Shown: positions 27,319 through 38,341 of the stretch, in pieces
Layout of the letters: each line of letters opens with the position of its first letter
Numbering within the stretch: the first letter of the stretch is position 1
Source of the DNA: a virus
Lineage: Duplodnaviria; Caudoviricetes
DNA length: 61,390 bases
Reading direction: 5' to 3' (one strand)
Virus record (IMG/VR): IMGVR_UViG_3300028608_000016
Location: 1 to 61,390 of that record
Made by a program: the position numbers and the translations under genes
Notes under the pieces: generated by a model
Told to the model about the DNA's origin: nothing
Seen by the model: the letters and a program-made list of their open reading frames with translations, nothing else
Database searches by the model: none

Positions 27319-30300
27319 TTATTGAACCAGAATACCGGACCAGTCCAGATCGCCCAAGCGCGCTTTCCAACCCGGAGTATCCGAAGCGTAAATAACAGCG
27401 CCGCCCGAATCACGAATCACAAACACAACGTAAGCCGGTTGCCCGCCTTCATAGTTGTAACCACGGCAGATAATGCTGGATTCGCCCTGACCTGCGGTAA
27501 ACGTTGCAGAAACAGTTCGACGCCATTCCAAGTCAGTGAATACAACGCGTGCGCAGTCAATGTAAATCGTAACTTGGTCATCACCGTAAGCCGTGATGGT
27601 GTAAGTATCGCTTTTCGGGAAAGTGAATTTCAGTTCAGCAGTCCAGTAGCTGTGATCCGGCTGTCTTTGCGGGCCGATAATTCGCGCACCGTAAACAGCA
27701 AGGGATTGCGCAACCCCGTTACCGCCTTTGTACGTCATCGGGAATCCGAGGTCAGACAAATTGCCTTCTTTCGACAACCAACCTTCCGGCGCGGTGTAGT
27801 AGAAAGGCGTGCCGTCCGGTTGAAGAATTGCAATCTTCGCCCAGCCCGGTGTGCAGTTTGGAACGTTCTGATAATTGATTGTCATCAGATGTTCGCCAGC
27901 TTCGGCGTAGAACGAACCACGGAAAGTAGCTTCCCAATAGTTACCACTCGCCACCAGAGCACAATCGAGATACAGCCAGAAGTTGTCGTCCGCTGTACCG
28001 GCCCAAGTGTAGATGCCAGAAACAGGGAACGTAATCATTCTTTCCATCACGTAATAACGACCGCCCGGCGCGCAGTTTACCGCGTGTGCCGCCGATTGAA
28101 TCCGCTGTGCTGGATAACCAATGTTGTGATCGTTGTACGAGTTGGATGCAATTACTGCAACCGTTCCGCCAGTGTTACAAGTCGAAGCAACCTGCGGACA
28201 CAGCGGCGGCAGACCCATATCCAAAATGCGCGAACGCCAATCGGCTGCATTCGACGCGTAAAACGCCGAACCATTCGGGTGCATGATTTTCATTGCGACA
28301 GCAGAACTACTGCGACCGCGTGGGCCTTTGTTTGTGTAAATCAGGTAAAGATAAACTTCACCAGCCGGAACCCAGTACGGACGGGATGCCGGACCTTCCT
28401 GCACAATCACGGTGCCAGAAGACAAAACGTGTTTCACGACAATATCGCAATCGACGTAAAGTTCGGCTTCGTCGTCTCCCCAAACGTAGAAGCGATAAAT
28501 GCCTTCGGCCGGGAAGTTGATTTTCATATCGAGGATTGCGCTGAAACCGTAGTTTGCGCCGCCCAAGTTTTCTTGCGTGTACATCAACCGCGCACCGGAA
28601 CCAACTTGCGGACTGACGCCACCGTCTTTCACGATAAGCTGCGCATTCGCTGGGCAGTTTGCAACCACGTTGTTTTCAATGGTGCCAACACCGACACCCG
28701 GATTGCAAATGTAGACGCCGTTTCCGTTTTTCAACACCAGTTCAATTGTGCGGTCAGGACCGGGACGGGAAATGCCCCAAATCTCAACGCAAACTTGCGT
28801 GGTAGTCGCGCAAGCAGGGAACGTTGCAGTTCCTTTTTTCGGAACGTAATCAGGCGGTGCCAGTTCCACACCGATAATCCCTTCCGAAGCGCCAGCCGGG
28901 AAAATCTGATCGCGAATGCCTTCCCACAATGGCGAGTCGCCGTAAATCTGAATCGAACGGGCAATCGAAACGGGCGCACGGTCAACCGATCCGGAGAAAG
29001 TCACACCGTACTGTTTTGCAATCATGTTGGCGCCGTAGTGGAAGGCGTCGTGGTCAGTCACAATAAACAGACCGTTGCCATCTTTCACAAACTGGCCGAA
29101 TGCCGTTGCAGTCCGCTCGGTAGTGGTTGGCGAGTTTTCCGTTGCCAAGAAAATCACAAACGAATATGGCATCAGACGATCAACGTCGAAGTCGAAAGTC
29201 GCGCCAAACATCGCGTCACCGCGACAGGTCACGTCAACTTCAAAACCGATTTCGCGCAGAATATTTGGAACCCGTGTACCGAAACCAGTTGGAGTTTCGT
29301 CGGCAGGGTACGATTGCCCACGCATTGCCGTAGACATAACCAAAGCACGTTTTGCCTTTCCGGGCTTCGTGCAATAGTTTGCCACGTTACGCAGGTACTG
29401 ATCGGTTACGGGATTAACAGTAACATTGTAAAACTTAGGAAAGCCAGCATCGTAGATAACACGACCAGTTCCCGAATCGGCCACAGCCAAGAAAGGGTAA
29501 TTATATTCGTCTTCAACGAGGATATTAGTTTGCGCATAAACGCCCACCGCGTTTGAACTTCTGGTTTCGTAATCGACCGAAACAGGTTCGTCGTAGAAAT
29601 GGTCGAGAGTCAACGTGTAGCAAAGCTGACTGATTGTGCCTTCGGGTCCGCGTACAAGTCGAGGATTGTCCACGCAAACAGTCGGGAACGGAATCGGGCA
29701 CTGCAAGTGGAAGCGCCACACCGGGCAGCACGTACCAATTACACGAATGCGAATTTGCGTACCTTTGGCTTTGTAAAACAGGAACGACAGTCGGCCGGAA
29801 CCAACCAGTGGACCTGCGCCAGTCATCACGTTTCCGTTTTGGTAAACGAGAATCTGCATCGGCTTTTCGCCGGTCAGGGTGTACGGAATGTAAACTTTTC
29901 CGTCAACCTGTGCGCTCAGGTCGTACCACGTATCGGTAATGTCGGCACCGTTGCTGTTGCGCCAGAATTCCGCTGCGCAGTGTTTGCCAAAATCTTCGCA
30001 ACGCGCAGGAATGCCCCCGCCACAGCAGTAGTCGGGTTTGCGCATGCTGCCATCTTGACCGGCGCAATAAAGTGCATACGTCCATTCAGTAGTTGGCTGA
30101 TCGCACTCGATTCGAATCGTTACCAAATCGTCTCCACGCAACGGCGCGAAGTTGAACGAAATGGAAGTTGTTTTTTCGATTGTGCCCGAGGCAGCCAGAA
30201 GCTTGCCTTGGTAATACACAAAAACTCGAATCGGTTCGAGGCCGACCGTGATATCCAACCACGTCAATCCCGATCCGTCGAGTTTGTGGATTCGCTCATA

Positions 30301-31113
30301 CGCAAATGCAGTGCAACCGATCAACGCGTGATAGGTGCCATAGCACGGCGCAGGCTGAATGTCTGTGAAATCCGGGTCTTGGTTTGGGCACGAAAGTGCA
30401 ACATCCCAAAGAGTGTTGTCGGCTGGCGCATCAACACGAACGAGCACACGACCGATTCCGGAAGTTGTGTCATTCATGAATTTCGTCACGTAGCTTTTGA
30501 TTCCGTTGCGCGTGGCATTGGAAGCTTCGCGAGTGTCGGCCAGCAATTCGCAGTTTTTGTAAATGCGCACGCGAATGTCGCCGGTAATTCCGCGAGCGTT
30601 CAGTGTGACCATGCCGCTGATCTGCGAAACATCGACATAGAATTCGGTGATTGCCGCTTTGCCGCCGTAAGCAGTGGTTGGGCACGGCAGCGGATTTTCT
30701 TTACTGCCAAATGCGGTTGCGGAAGCACTGGTAGCCAGCAAGTAACCACCAGAGTTTTGACCGTTGATACCGTTGCCTTCGCCGCTTGGGCCGGGGCCTG
30801 CGTAGGTGATGCAATTTTGGAAATCGCAATCGCAAATGCGCGAACCAGTTGGGCCACCATCTGCGATTACGCCATTATCGAAATCACCAGTTGCACCCGG
30901 CCAGCATTCCAGCACTTCATCAGGCGGACAGTAAATATCGTCAACGTCGCATTCGATATTCAACCAGTACGCATTGCTGCCGTGCCGCACTTTCATTTCT
31001 TTGGAAACGACCAAACGAATCCAGTTCAGGTTTTTTGCATCACGAACGTACCATTCGCTTTCGCAAATATCCAGCCATGCGCCGGATGGCGTTCTCACTC
31101 GAAGGCGACTCAT
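27319..31113 (-). CDS. Cys-rich multidomain adhesin-like virion protein (Cys-bounded repeats, Calx-beta with insert, three PA14-like domains)
   Basis: PA14 motifs FP..G.Y......DD....Y.D (three copies); split Calx-beta; three about 110-aa Cys-flanked beta modules. Confidence 0.78.
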   Translation of the reverse strand: MSRLRVRTPSGAWLDICESEWYVRDAKNLNWIRLVVSKEMKVRHGSNAYWLNIECDVDDIYCPPDEVLECWPGATGDFDNGVIADGGPTGSRICDCDFQNCITYAGPGPSGEGNGINGQNSGGYLLATSASATAFGSKENPLPCPTTAYGGKAAITEFYVDVSQISGMVTLNARGITGDIRVRIYKNCELLADTREASNATRNGIKSYVTKFMNDTTSGIGRVLVRVDAPADNTLWDVALSCPNQDPDFTDIQPAPCYGTYHALIGCTAFAYERIHKLDGSGLTWLDITVGLEPIRVFVYYQGKLLAASGTIEKTTSISFNFAPLRGDDLVTIRIECDQPTTEWTYALYCAGQDGSMRKPDYCCGGGIPARCEDFGKHCAAEFWRNSNGADITDTWYDLSAQVDGKVYIPYTLTGEKPMQILVYQNGNVMTGAGPLVGSGRLSFLFYKAKGTQIRIRVIGTCCPVWRFHLQCPIPFPTVCVDNPRLVRGPEGTISQLCYTLTLDHFYDEPVSVDYETRSSNAVGVYAQTNILVEDEYNYPFLAVADSGTGRVIYDAGFPKFYNVTVNPVTDQYLRNVANYCTKPGKAKRALVMSTAMRGQSYPADETPTGFGTRVPNILREIGFEVDVTCRGDAMFGATFDFDVDRLMPYSFVIFLATENSPTTTERTATAFGQFVKDGNGLFIVTDHDAFHYGANMIAKQYGVTFSGSVDRAPVSIARSIQIYGDSPLWEGIRDQIFPAGASEGIIGVELAPPDYVPKKGTATFPACATTTQVCVEIWGISRPGPDRTIELVLKNGNGVYICNPGVGVGTIENNVVANCPANAQLIVKDGGVSPQVGSGARLMYTQENLGGANYGFSAILDMKINFPAEGIYRFYVWGDDEAELYVDCDIVVKHVLSSGTVIVQEGPASRPYWVPAGEVYLYLIYTNKGPRGRSSSAVAMKIMHPNGSAFYASNAADWRSRILDMGLPPLCPQVASTCNTGGTVAVIASNSYNDHNIGYPAQRIQSAAHAVNCAPGGRYYVMERMITFPVSGIYTWAGTADDNFWLYLDCALVASGNYWEATFRGSFYAEAGEHLMTINYQNVPNCTPGWAKIAILQPDGTPFYYTAPEGWLSKEGNLSDLGFPMTYKGGNGVAQSLAVYGARIIGPQRQPDHSYWTAELKFTFPKSDTYTITAYGDDQVTIYIDCARVVFTDLEWRRTVSATFTAGQGESSIICRGYNYEGGQPAYVVFVIRDSGGAVIYASDTPGWKARLGDLDWSGILVQ

Positions 31114-31135
31114 TCAATCCGCTCCAATTTGAAAC

Positions 31136-31660
31136 TTAAACTTTTACCCAAATCGCGCCGGGTTGCACAAGCGATCCGGAAACTTCGGATGGGTCATCCG
31201 CCTGAATCCAGATTTGTACAAAACCATCATCGCCGCGTTGTCCGGGTAAACCTTGAGGGCCAGTTGGACCTTGTACGCCTTGCGGGCCGCGTTCACCTTG
31301 CGGACCTGCAACACCACGCGGACCGGCTGGACCTTGGCAACCAGTAGAACCTTTTTCACCATCGCGGCCATCGAGGCCATCCACACCGTCACGACCGGGT
31401 AAACCTTGCGGACCCGGTTCACCTTGACCTGCGGAATTCGGGGTGAGAAAACCTTCAACTTTGATTACGTCGTTATTCGACAAACGCAAAGAAAGCGTAC
31501 CGGTTGTGGAATCCAATGCACCGCTAACAAGTGTCACATTAGCATTTGCGTCTTCATCCGAAGTAGTCAAACCTTCTCCGGTAAACGAAACTTTATCACC
31601 GGCTTTACCCCTTGCCTCTACCAAAGCAAGGGGGACGCGAGTAGTCGTCCCCATATTCAC
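31136..31660 (-). CDS. Short collagen-like fibre protein
   Basis: About 23 Gly-X-Y triplets; N-terminal TRVPL.LV...DS.TG.L.L...GF domain; ends IQADDP...PGAIWVKV. Confidence 0.82.
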   Translation of the reverse strand: MNMGTTTRVPLALVEARGKAGDKVSFTGEGLTTSDEDANANVTLVSGALDSTTGTLSLRLSNNDVIKVEGFLTPNSAGQGEPGPQGLPGRDGVDGLDGRDGEKGSTGCQGPAGPRGVAGPQGERGPQGVQGPTGPQGLPGQRGDDGFVQIWIQADDPSEVSGSLVQPGAIWVKV

Positions 31661-31695
31661 ATTCCTGTTTTGCTTACGTTAAAATTACGCGGAAA

Positions 31696-32652
31696 CTACA
31701 AATTCGGCATGCCCGGAATATTGCAAACTTTCGCTACCGGGTCGTAAACGCCGCCGATATGCGTACAGTCCGTGGTATTTGCACCACGCATCATTGCAGC
31801 ACGCAAACGGAGCATATCCGAAGACGAAGTTTCTTTCCAGTTCATCGCAGTCATGAGGCCAATCCACGCTTCTGCGCCTTCTGCATCTGGCAACCGATCA
31901 AACAAATCTTTGTACATTTTGCACATGATCGGATAGCTGTGACAAACTGCGTTACCTTCAATCGAATCACATTCACCCAAAGGTTTATTGCAGCAATTGC
32001 AGCGCGGACGCAAATCAGCGGCAGTTGCGCAGCATGGGTAATTCGCTTCCGGATTCACCCAAAGCATTCCCGGTTCTGGTGATTCCGGTTCGCAAGTCGA
32101 AACAACAATTTTCATTTCGCCATCTGGACCGCGTGGACCCGGACGGCCTTGCGGACCCATATCGCCGCGTGGACCTTGGGGACCAATCGGACCTTGCGGA
32201 CCAGTTGGACCCGGAACACCTTGCGGACCTTGCGGACCCATTAAACCGGTTGGCCCCATAATTCCTTGCTGGCCTTGTCTTCCCGCTTCACCACGCGGGC
32301 CGGTTTGTCCCATTGCGCCTTGTGGTCCCGCACAACCGGCAGGACCGGCTGCACCATCGCGACCATCAACACCATCTTTTCCGTCTTTGCCCGGAAGACC
32401 CTGCGGCCCCGTAGGGCCAACAGGAATTTTATCGGGAGTTGCAAAACCTTCAATTCGAATAGTTTCGCCGTTGTACATTCGCAGCATCAAAACGCCTTGC
32501 TGCGAATCATACGAACCTCCCGCTACTTCCGAGATTTTCGTTTCGGTAGATGGGGCGACGCTAAGTTTTTCGTTCGCGACAACGATTTGGCTATCATCCG
32601 CCATACCTGTTGCCTGAACCATTTGAACTGGCGTTCTTGTCAAACCACCCAT
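31696..32652 (-). CDS. Collagen-like fibre protein with a Cys-rich, DUF4214-like C-terminus
   Basis: About 34 Gly-X-Y triplets; [18 protein letters not shown] resembles DUF4214. Confidence 0.8.
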   Translation of the reverse strand: MGGLTRTPVQMVQATGMADDSQIVVANEKLSVAPSTETKISEVAGGSYDSQQGVLMLRMYNGETIRIEGFATPDKIPVGPTGPQGLPGKDGKDGVDGRDGAAGPAGCAGPQGAMGQTGPRGEAGRQGQQGIMGPTGLMGPQGPQGVPGPTGPQGPIGPQGPRGDMGPQGRPGPRGPDGEMKIVVSTCEPESPEPGMLWVNPEANYPCCATAADLRPRCNCCNKPLGECDSIEGNAVCHSYPIMCKMYKDLFDRLPDAEGAEAWIGLMTAMNWKETSSSDMLRLRAAMMRGANTTDCTHIGGVYDPVAKVCNIPGMPNL

Positions 32653-32659
32653 AATTGCC

Positions 32660-35600
32660 TCACGAAGTCACGCGAATATTTCCATCCTGTCCACTGCGGT
32701 ACATTACGGCACCGGTAACAGAGTTCAAAACTACAAACGAGAAACCAGCCAGACCGGAGCCTGCTTGACGCGCATCGACTTTAAACAGCACAGACGTTGC
32801 GACGTAATCATTGGAGTAATTCACTTTGTTTAGTGGGCAAGCATTCGGGTTATTTGCAGGTTCCTGATACGTCGAAATTGGAACGCCGCCTTGGTTAGTA
32901 ATGGCGAAATCGTATGCGGTCATTCCGGTAGCCGGGTTAGACTGCACGCGGTTCGGTTGCGTGACCGTGGTTCCTTGCGGTACGATTTCCATCACGCTGC
33001 ATCGGCCATTCATTTTCGAAATGGCAAAAGCAGTTTGTCTAAGCAGCATTGGCGCGCTCACGCCCACACCAGAACCCATTACCTCAATGCGGAAAATCGT
33101 TGTGGTTAGAGCACTGACTGGAAGCGAGATTGGCACCGAGACGTAAAAGTCTTTTGCAGCCGGTTTCGTGTTTTTGTCTCCGCTAAACACAATCCGTTTC
33201 GCACCATACTGGTCATCCATTCCAGCAGCATACAGCGCGGCGTTTACCGGATTCAAACTTCCGTATGGCGTTGGGAATGTCGGACTAATGACAGTACCAC
33301 CACTAACGGCGCCTTGAACATACGGACTCGGTTTGCCGACATACACCGGGCCGAGAATTCGCGGGTTGATATTTTCTGGAGTGTTTACGATCACTTGGCA
33401 AACGGCGCCTTCTTCCCACGTTACCGGAGATTGCGTTTTCGTTCCGTCCGACCATGTGTATTCGATAAACGATCCGGTGATTGCAGTACGTCCACCCGGA
33501 ATGCCACCAACGGTTTGTCCAGATGGGCAAGGCTGCGATGCCGATTTGGCTTGCTGCGAAACAATTGTCGGCGGCTCTTGCGGGCGAGTCGGCAATGCGC
33601 AGTATTCCGTTTCGGCGTAAGTTTTCTCAGTGTAAGTTTTCGTTCCATCCGACCACAGGATTTCGAAATAATCACCGACGATGAATGTGGCACCGCCAAT
33701 GTATCCGCCTTTGGTTTCACCGGACGGGCAAGGATCAACACTGGTTTTCGGCGTGCGCGAAACAATGGTCGCAGCCGGTTTTTCCGGAACAGCACAGAAC
33801 GATTCCCACACGGTTTCCGAATTCGTTTTCGTTCCGTTTGACCATGTGATTTCGACGTAGGTGCCAGTTTGCGTTGCGGTCCCTTGCCACACGCCACCAA
33901 CGGTTTGACCGCTTGGGCATTGACGCGTTACCGTTACAGTGCGACGGCTGACTTCGGTTGGCGGAACTTTACAAACGCCATCCAATTCTTTTTCGGTTTC
34001 TTCGACAATGCCGTCAGACCACGTAATCTTTTCCCACGTCGCAATCAGGTACGGAACGCCACCAACCACACCTTCTTTGGTTTGCCCGCTTGGGCACGGC
34101 ACCTGTTCTGATTTCGGTTCAATGAGAATCGGCCAACGCGGTTTGTCTTCGCACACCAGTTCTGCACTGGTACGCACTTTTTGCATTATGTCGCCGGAAC
34201 GCCACACCACTTCGTTTGTTGCAGTCCGAATAATCGCTGCGTACACACCACCCGTCATTTGCTTCTGCGACGTAATGTCGTCAGGGAAACGCCAGTAGAT
34301 TTGCACAAACGATTGCGGATCGAAAAGCGTAACCGTTTCTTTGAGCAGCCTGTTTCGCGCACGGTCCAAAACCGGATAGCAATTCAGGTACATCGCCACG
34401 TCGCAATCCGATTCCGAAGCTTTGAGAACGAAAGTGTAATCTTCCGCTTCCAGCGCCACCGGAAACTCATAGTAGAAGAAGAAATCGTTTCCGATTTTCG
34501 TCGTCTTCATGTTGTTGGTTTGGATATCCCGCACAGCAGTCATCAGCGTGGCGCCGTAGACTTGGCTGGATACCATACCCGGATGCGAGAATGCACGACT
34601 GTGCAAATTCAAAGCACATTCAGTTCCGGCACTTGGCACCGGCAACGTCAGGTCAGAAACGAATTCCAATTGCGTGTTGTACGAATCATCACAATCAATC
34701 GGAGTATCTTCGGGATCGTCTTCAACCGTTTCACCATCGAGAACGAGGTCAGGCGGCGAAACAATCAATTCACCATCGTCAGCCGGTGGGCAATTAATGA
34801 CGAATTTGAAATCGCCAGTGCCACCAAACGAAACGACAATCGGACCTTCGGTTTCAAGGTACGAATAAATGAATTGGCTCGGAGCGGCCGGGCCAGCGAT
34901 TGTGTCGATTACGCCGTCGCCAGTTGCAAACGTAATCGACTGGTTTGCGCCAACTTCGTAAGTGATTAGCACAGGGCCGTCGCCGCTAATGCGAATCGGG
35001 CGATCACTCTGCGCACCAGTTCCCTCATGCACAATTTTGCCGCAAGTGCCTTCTGGCGTGCGTGCTACTGGGCAAGGGAACGTAACGTCAAACGAACCGG
35101 TGCCCGAAGAAATCAATTTCACTTCCACGATTTCTGGCAGGTACAGGTCAAATGTTGCGTTGCCGGTTGTCGATTTGAAAAGCGCGCCGTCAACGTACCA
35201 CATGATGGTTACGGTATTGGGAGCCGTAACAACTGGTTTTGTGTCACCAGTCTTTTCATCGAGGTCAACGAGAATTGTGTCACCGGCCAAAAACGTCACT
35301 GGGTCAGGTCCGCATTCCAGCACTTTCAAACTTGGGCAAGTGGTTGAAAGCGTTAGCTCACCAGATTCGGTGCTCACCACTTTCCAATTGTCGCCAACGG
35401 TGTAGAAGAAATTGCGCGAGCCAGTGACGTTTGCCACCAACTGGTTATTGTTGTACACCGCAACCGGCAGATTGGAATTCAGTACGAAGTTTCCGGACAG
35501 GTCTTCCGAGAAAGCGATGTTTGTCACGTTGGGTGATGCAAACGTGTTTAGCGTTCCGCAATTCACGTCGTGCTCAGGCGGCGGTGGCGGAATCGGGCAA

Positions 35601-36877
35601 TCTACCCAAAGTTGGAAATCGTCTTCGCCCGTTGCCACAACCAGAATGTCGCCTTTCACTGGTTGGAAATCAAACTGGAAACTACGCAAACCGTCTTGCG
35701 GATAACCGTGACCGATTTCCATGCCTGCTTGGTTGAACGACAATTCGGTGTTACCCGGAATCACGTAAGTGACCAGAACCGAACCGGCTTCGTTTGGCAT
35801 GCGCACCGTGATTTCCGATGGCGATTCAAACGTTTGCAATTCATCCCAGCAATCCAGATCGTAAAGCTTCGGCGGATCGGGTGGAATTACAGGCGCGTTG
35901 TACGGACACTTCACCGACACCCGAAACTGGCCGTAGTTTTCCGCAATAATTTTCAGCGGACCGTTGGCAGGATCGTAATCAAACGAGAAAGTGGCCGCGC
36001 CTTCCAATTGCTGCACTTGATACAGCAGGGTTTCGCGCTGGTAGAATTTCAGGGTGACGGTGACTTCTGTTTCAAACCAGATTTCCACGTTGCCCGATTC
36101 GTCGGTGGGCAGAATCACGTCAACGGTTTTGGCCGCTTGGAAAACGTGAATATCGTCGCCGCAAGTGAATTCGAATTTCTCCGGAATTTCCTCGGGCGGA
36201 ATGTATGGGCAGCTAAACAGGTAATCCACCGTGCCCGTGCCTTGCGTCAGCGCATACACTGGGCCTTTGGTTGGATCATACCAAAACGAAAACGTGTCGC
36301 TGCGATTCGAGCGAATGGTTTTCAGCAACGTCTCACCTTGGTAAAACTTTACTTCGGCGTAACCCTGAATCGCCCACGTTACGTTGACGTTGCCCGGTTC
36401 ATCACCGAGCAGGATTGTATTTTTCTTTGCGTACCCGGCTTGGTGATGATAGCGACCGCACTCGGATTGCGTTTCTTTGATTTCTGCAATGGGCGGATCG
36501 TCAACATATTCTTCCGGGCAGTCCACCCGGAATTTCCATTCGCTGTCGCGATGGTTGTTTACGATTTCGATAACGATTTCGTCGGCGCCAGCTTTGGTCG
36601 GATCATACGGCGCGTACTCAAAAGAGAACGAACCTTCTTTGCCGCCGGTTGGCGTAGCGCCCAAGATTTCGCCAAACTGATAAGCGTTCAAAACGTCATC
36701 AGCATACTTTCGTTCAAACCAGACTGTGACCTTGGCGTTGATTTTACCGAGGTACAGAAAGAATTCGTGAATCCCTTTACCACAGGAACCCACCCAAGTG
36801 CCACATTCGACAATTGTTTTAGCTGGTTCGAGCGGAGGCATTCCCACGGAATTCGGATTCGGTCTGCAACAGGTCAT
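32660..36877 (-). CDS. Large Cys-rich repeat virion protein
   Basis: 1405 aa; about seven CG...CP-bounded beta modules, one PA14-like segment and four CPSG(Q/E)T.GG...WS(D/N)G repeats. Confidence 0.78.
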   Translation of the reverse strand: MTCCRPNPNSVGMPPLEPAKTIVECGTWVGSCGKGIHEFFLYLGKINAKVTVWFERKYADDVLNAYQFGEILGATPTGGKEGSFSFEYAPYDPTKAGADEIVIEIVNNHRDSEWKFRVDCPEEYVDDPPIAEIKETQSECGRYHHQAGYAKKNTILLGDEPGNVNVTWAIQGYAEVKFYQGETLLKTIRSNRSDTFSFWYDPTKGPVYALTQGTGTVDYLFSCPYIPPEEIPEKFEFTCGDDIHVFQAAKTVDVILPTDESGNVEIWFETEVTVTLKFYQRETLLYQVQQLEGAATFSFDYDPANGPLKIIAENYGQFRVSVKCPYNAPVIPPDPPKLYDLDCWDELQTFESPSEITVRMPNEAGSVLVTYVIPGNTELSFNQAGMEIGHGYPQDGLRSFQFDFQPVKGDILVVATGEDDFQLWVDCPIPPPPPEHDVNCGTLNTFASPNVTNIAFSEDLSGNFVLNSNLPVAVYNNNQLVANVTGSRNFFYTVGDNWKVVSTESGELTLSTTCPSLKVLECGPDPVTFLAGDTILVDLDEKTGDTKPVVTAPNTVTIMWYVDGALFKSTTGNATFDLYLPEIVEVKLISSGTGSFDVTFPCPVARTPEGTCGKIVHEGTGAQSDRPIRISGDGPVLITYEVGANQSITFATGDGVIDTIAGPAAPSQFIYSYLETEGPIVVSFGGTGDFKFVINCPPADDGELIVSPPDLVLDGETVEDDPEDTPIDCDDSYNTQLEFVSDLTLPVPSAGTECALNLHSRAFSHPGMVSSQVYGATLMTAVRDIQTNNMKTTKIGNDFFFYYEFPVALEAEDYTFVLKASESDCDVAMYLNCYPVLDRARNRLLKETVTLFDPQSFVQIYWRFPDDITSQKQMTGGVYAAIIRTATNEVVWRSGDIMQKVRTSAELVCEDKPRWPILIEPKSEQVPCPSGQTKEGVVGGVPYLIATWEKITWSDGIVEETEKELDGVCKVPPTEVSRRTVTVTRQCPSGQTVGGVWQGTATQTGTYVEITWSNGTKTNSETVWESFCAVPEKPAATIVSRTPKTSVDPCPSGETKGGYIGGATFIVGDYFEILWSDGTKTYTEKTYAETEYCALPTRPQEPPTIVSQQAKSASQPCPSGQTVGGIPGGRTAITGSFIEYTWSDGTKTQSPVTWEEGAVCQVIVNTPENINPRILGPVYVGKPSPYVQGAVSGGTVISPTFPTPYGSLNPVNAALYAAGMDDQYGAKRIVFSGDKNTKPAAKDFYVSVPISLPVSALTTTIFRIEVMGSGVGVSAPMLLRQTAFAISKMNGRCSVMEIVPQGTTVTQPNRVQSNPATGMTAYDFAITNQGGVPISTYQEPANNPNACPLNKVNYSNDYVATSVLFKVDARQAGSGLAGFSFVVLNSVTGAVMYRSGQDGNIRVTS

Positions 36878-36896
36878 CCCAAATACTCCACTTCTA

Positions 36897-37907
36897 TTAA
36901 ATCACAGCAGCACAGTACGCGCCGTTGTAATTGTATTCCGAACGTTGAATTGTGCCGTCCGACATTACCGATTCCGTAAATGTTCCGGATGCCGAAGTTG
37001 GACCGCCGAGTACGCCGCCAATTGTGTGACCCGCAGGACACACTAGATCAGGTGCAGCGAGCGTAGTTACGGAAACGACAACAGGCGTTTCAACGCTGGC
37101 GCTGGAAACAAGGGCAAACGTTTTTGCGGAATTCAAATCAACGAATTCGCCTTCCCAATCAACTGGGCACAAGCAGTCTTCCGGCGCTGCCCAAATCAAA
37201 TCAGTTGCACCGGGTGCGGGAGTGAGTCCAACAAAAGGATTCATTTCGCGACCTTGCGGACCATCGGGGCCAATCAAAGTTGTTGGGCACGAAAAACCTT
37301 TTGGTCCTCGTTTCCCTTCGCGACCGGGAATACCTTCTGGCCCTTGAATACCAGTTGGACCAGTTGGGCCGGGGGCGCCGGTCAATCCGTCTGGACCTAC
37401 TGGACCTTCTTCACCGAAATCGCCAATGTCACCCGTTCTTCCGTCTGCGCCTGTTGCACCTTCGCAACCGGTCAAACCATCTTTTCCTTCGCGACCATCG
37501 CGTGCATCTTTTCCGTCTTTTCCTCGGTCGCCTTGCGGACCAGTGGGGCCGACGCCGAAATCAATCTGGCGCAGAAAGCCGGAAATGTTTACCACTTCAC
37601 CACTGGCACGGACAAACGTGATTTGCCCGGAATCGTCGTCGTAAGACCACTGCACCGATTTCTCAGCGTTGGTTTCTTCGGGAACGACATAATCAAATTC
37701 GTTGGTTGCTGCGTTTCGGTTTAGCTGTTTACCATCGAGGCCAAGCGCTTCAATGATTTGAATTGGTTTCAGCGTGACTTGCTGACCAGTCATGAGCGCC
37801 TGAATCGACGGCGAGTTTTGAGCCGGTTTGTTTGTGATGACCGGAGCACCAATTGGAACCTTGACACTGGTGCCGTCAAGGGACGCTTGCGTTAATTCGT
37901 TTGCCAT
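36897..37907 (-). CDS. Collagen-like fibre protein
   Basis: About 32 Gly-X-Y triplets; C-terminal CPAGHTIGG...SDG repeat shared with 32660..36877. Confidence 0.8.
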   Translation of the reverse strand: MANELTQASLDGTSVKVPIGAPVITNKPAQNSPSIQALMTGQQVTLKPIQIIEALGLDGKQLNRNAATNEFDYVVPEETNAEKSVQWSYDDDSGQITFVRASGEVVNISGFLRQIDFGVGPTGPQGDRGKDGKDARDGREGKDGLTGCEGATGADGRTGDIGDFGEEGPVGPDGLTGAPGPTGPTGIQGPEGIPGREGKRGPKGFSCPTTLIGPDGPQGREMNPFVGLTPAPGATDLIWAAPEDCLCPVDWEGEFVDLNSAKTFALVSSASVETPVVVSVTTLAAPDLVCPAGHTIGGVLGGPTSASGTFTESVMSDGTIQRSEYNYNGAYCAAVI

Positions 37908-38341
37908 TCTGAATATGACTCCAGCGCGTTGTCCACTTCTGGCGGGGTTTGCGCCGCATTGATTGCAGCTTTGGCCAAGTGGAAAGCGCGGTTTCGCGCA
38001 TTGATCGCGGAAGCCAACGAACCACTGGTGCCTTCAAACAAACCGTTCCGCAAATAGACTTCGCCATACCGGGACTCCATCTGGATAACCTGCGCAAGCT
38101 CGTAATCAAAAACTTTGATTCCGTTGTGCAGTGTCCAGTCGGAAAGCTGAATCCGCGATATGGCGACTTGTTTGTACGCGACCAAATCAACAGAGATATG
38201 CAAAACACCTGCACGGACTTCGACATTTAGAACGCCGTAGTTTTCGTGCAGGTAGCAAAACATTTCTTCGTCGATCAGCACCGCGTCTTCTGGAAACGGG
38301 CCATCACCGGAGTGAAGACCCTTGGCACTGACTGCCCACAT
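37892..38341 (-). CDS. Putative tail-fibre assembly chaperone-like protein
   Basis: FPEDAVLIDEEMF motif typical of Tfa-like proteins; directly follows the fibre-anchor gene. Confidence 0.5.
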   Translation of the reverse strand: MWAVSAKGLHSGDGPFPEDAVLIDEEMFCYLHENYGVLNVEVRAGVLHISVDLVAYKQVAISRIQLSDWTLHNGIKVFDYELAQVIQMESRYGEVYLRNGLFEGTSGSLASAINARNRAFHLAKAAINAAQTPPEVDNALESYSEWQTN

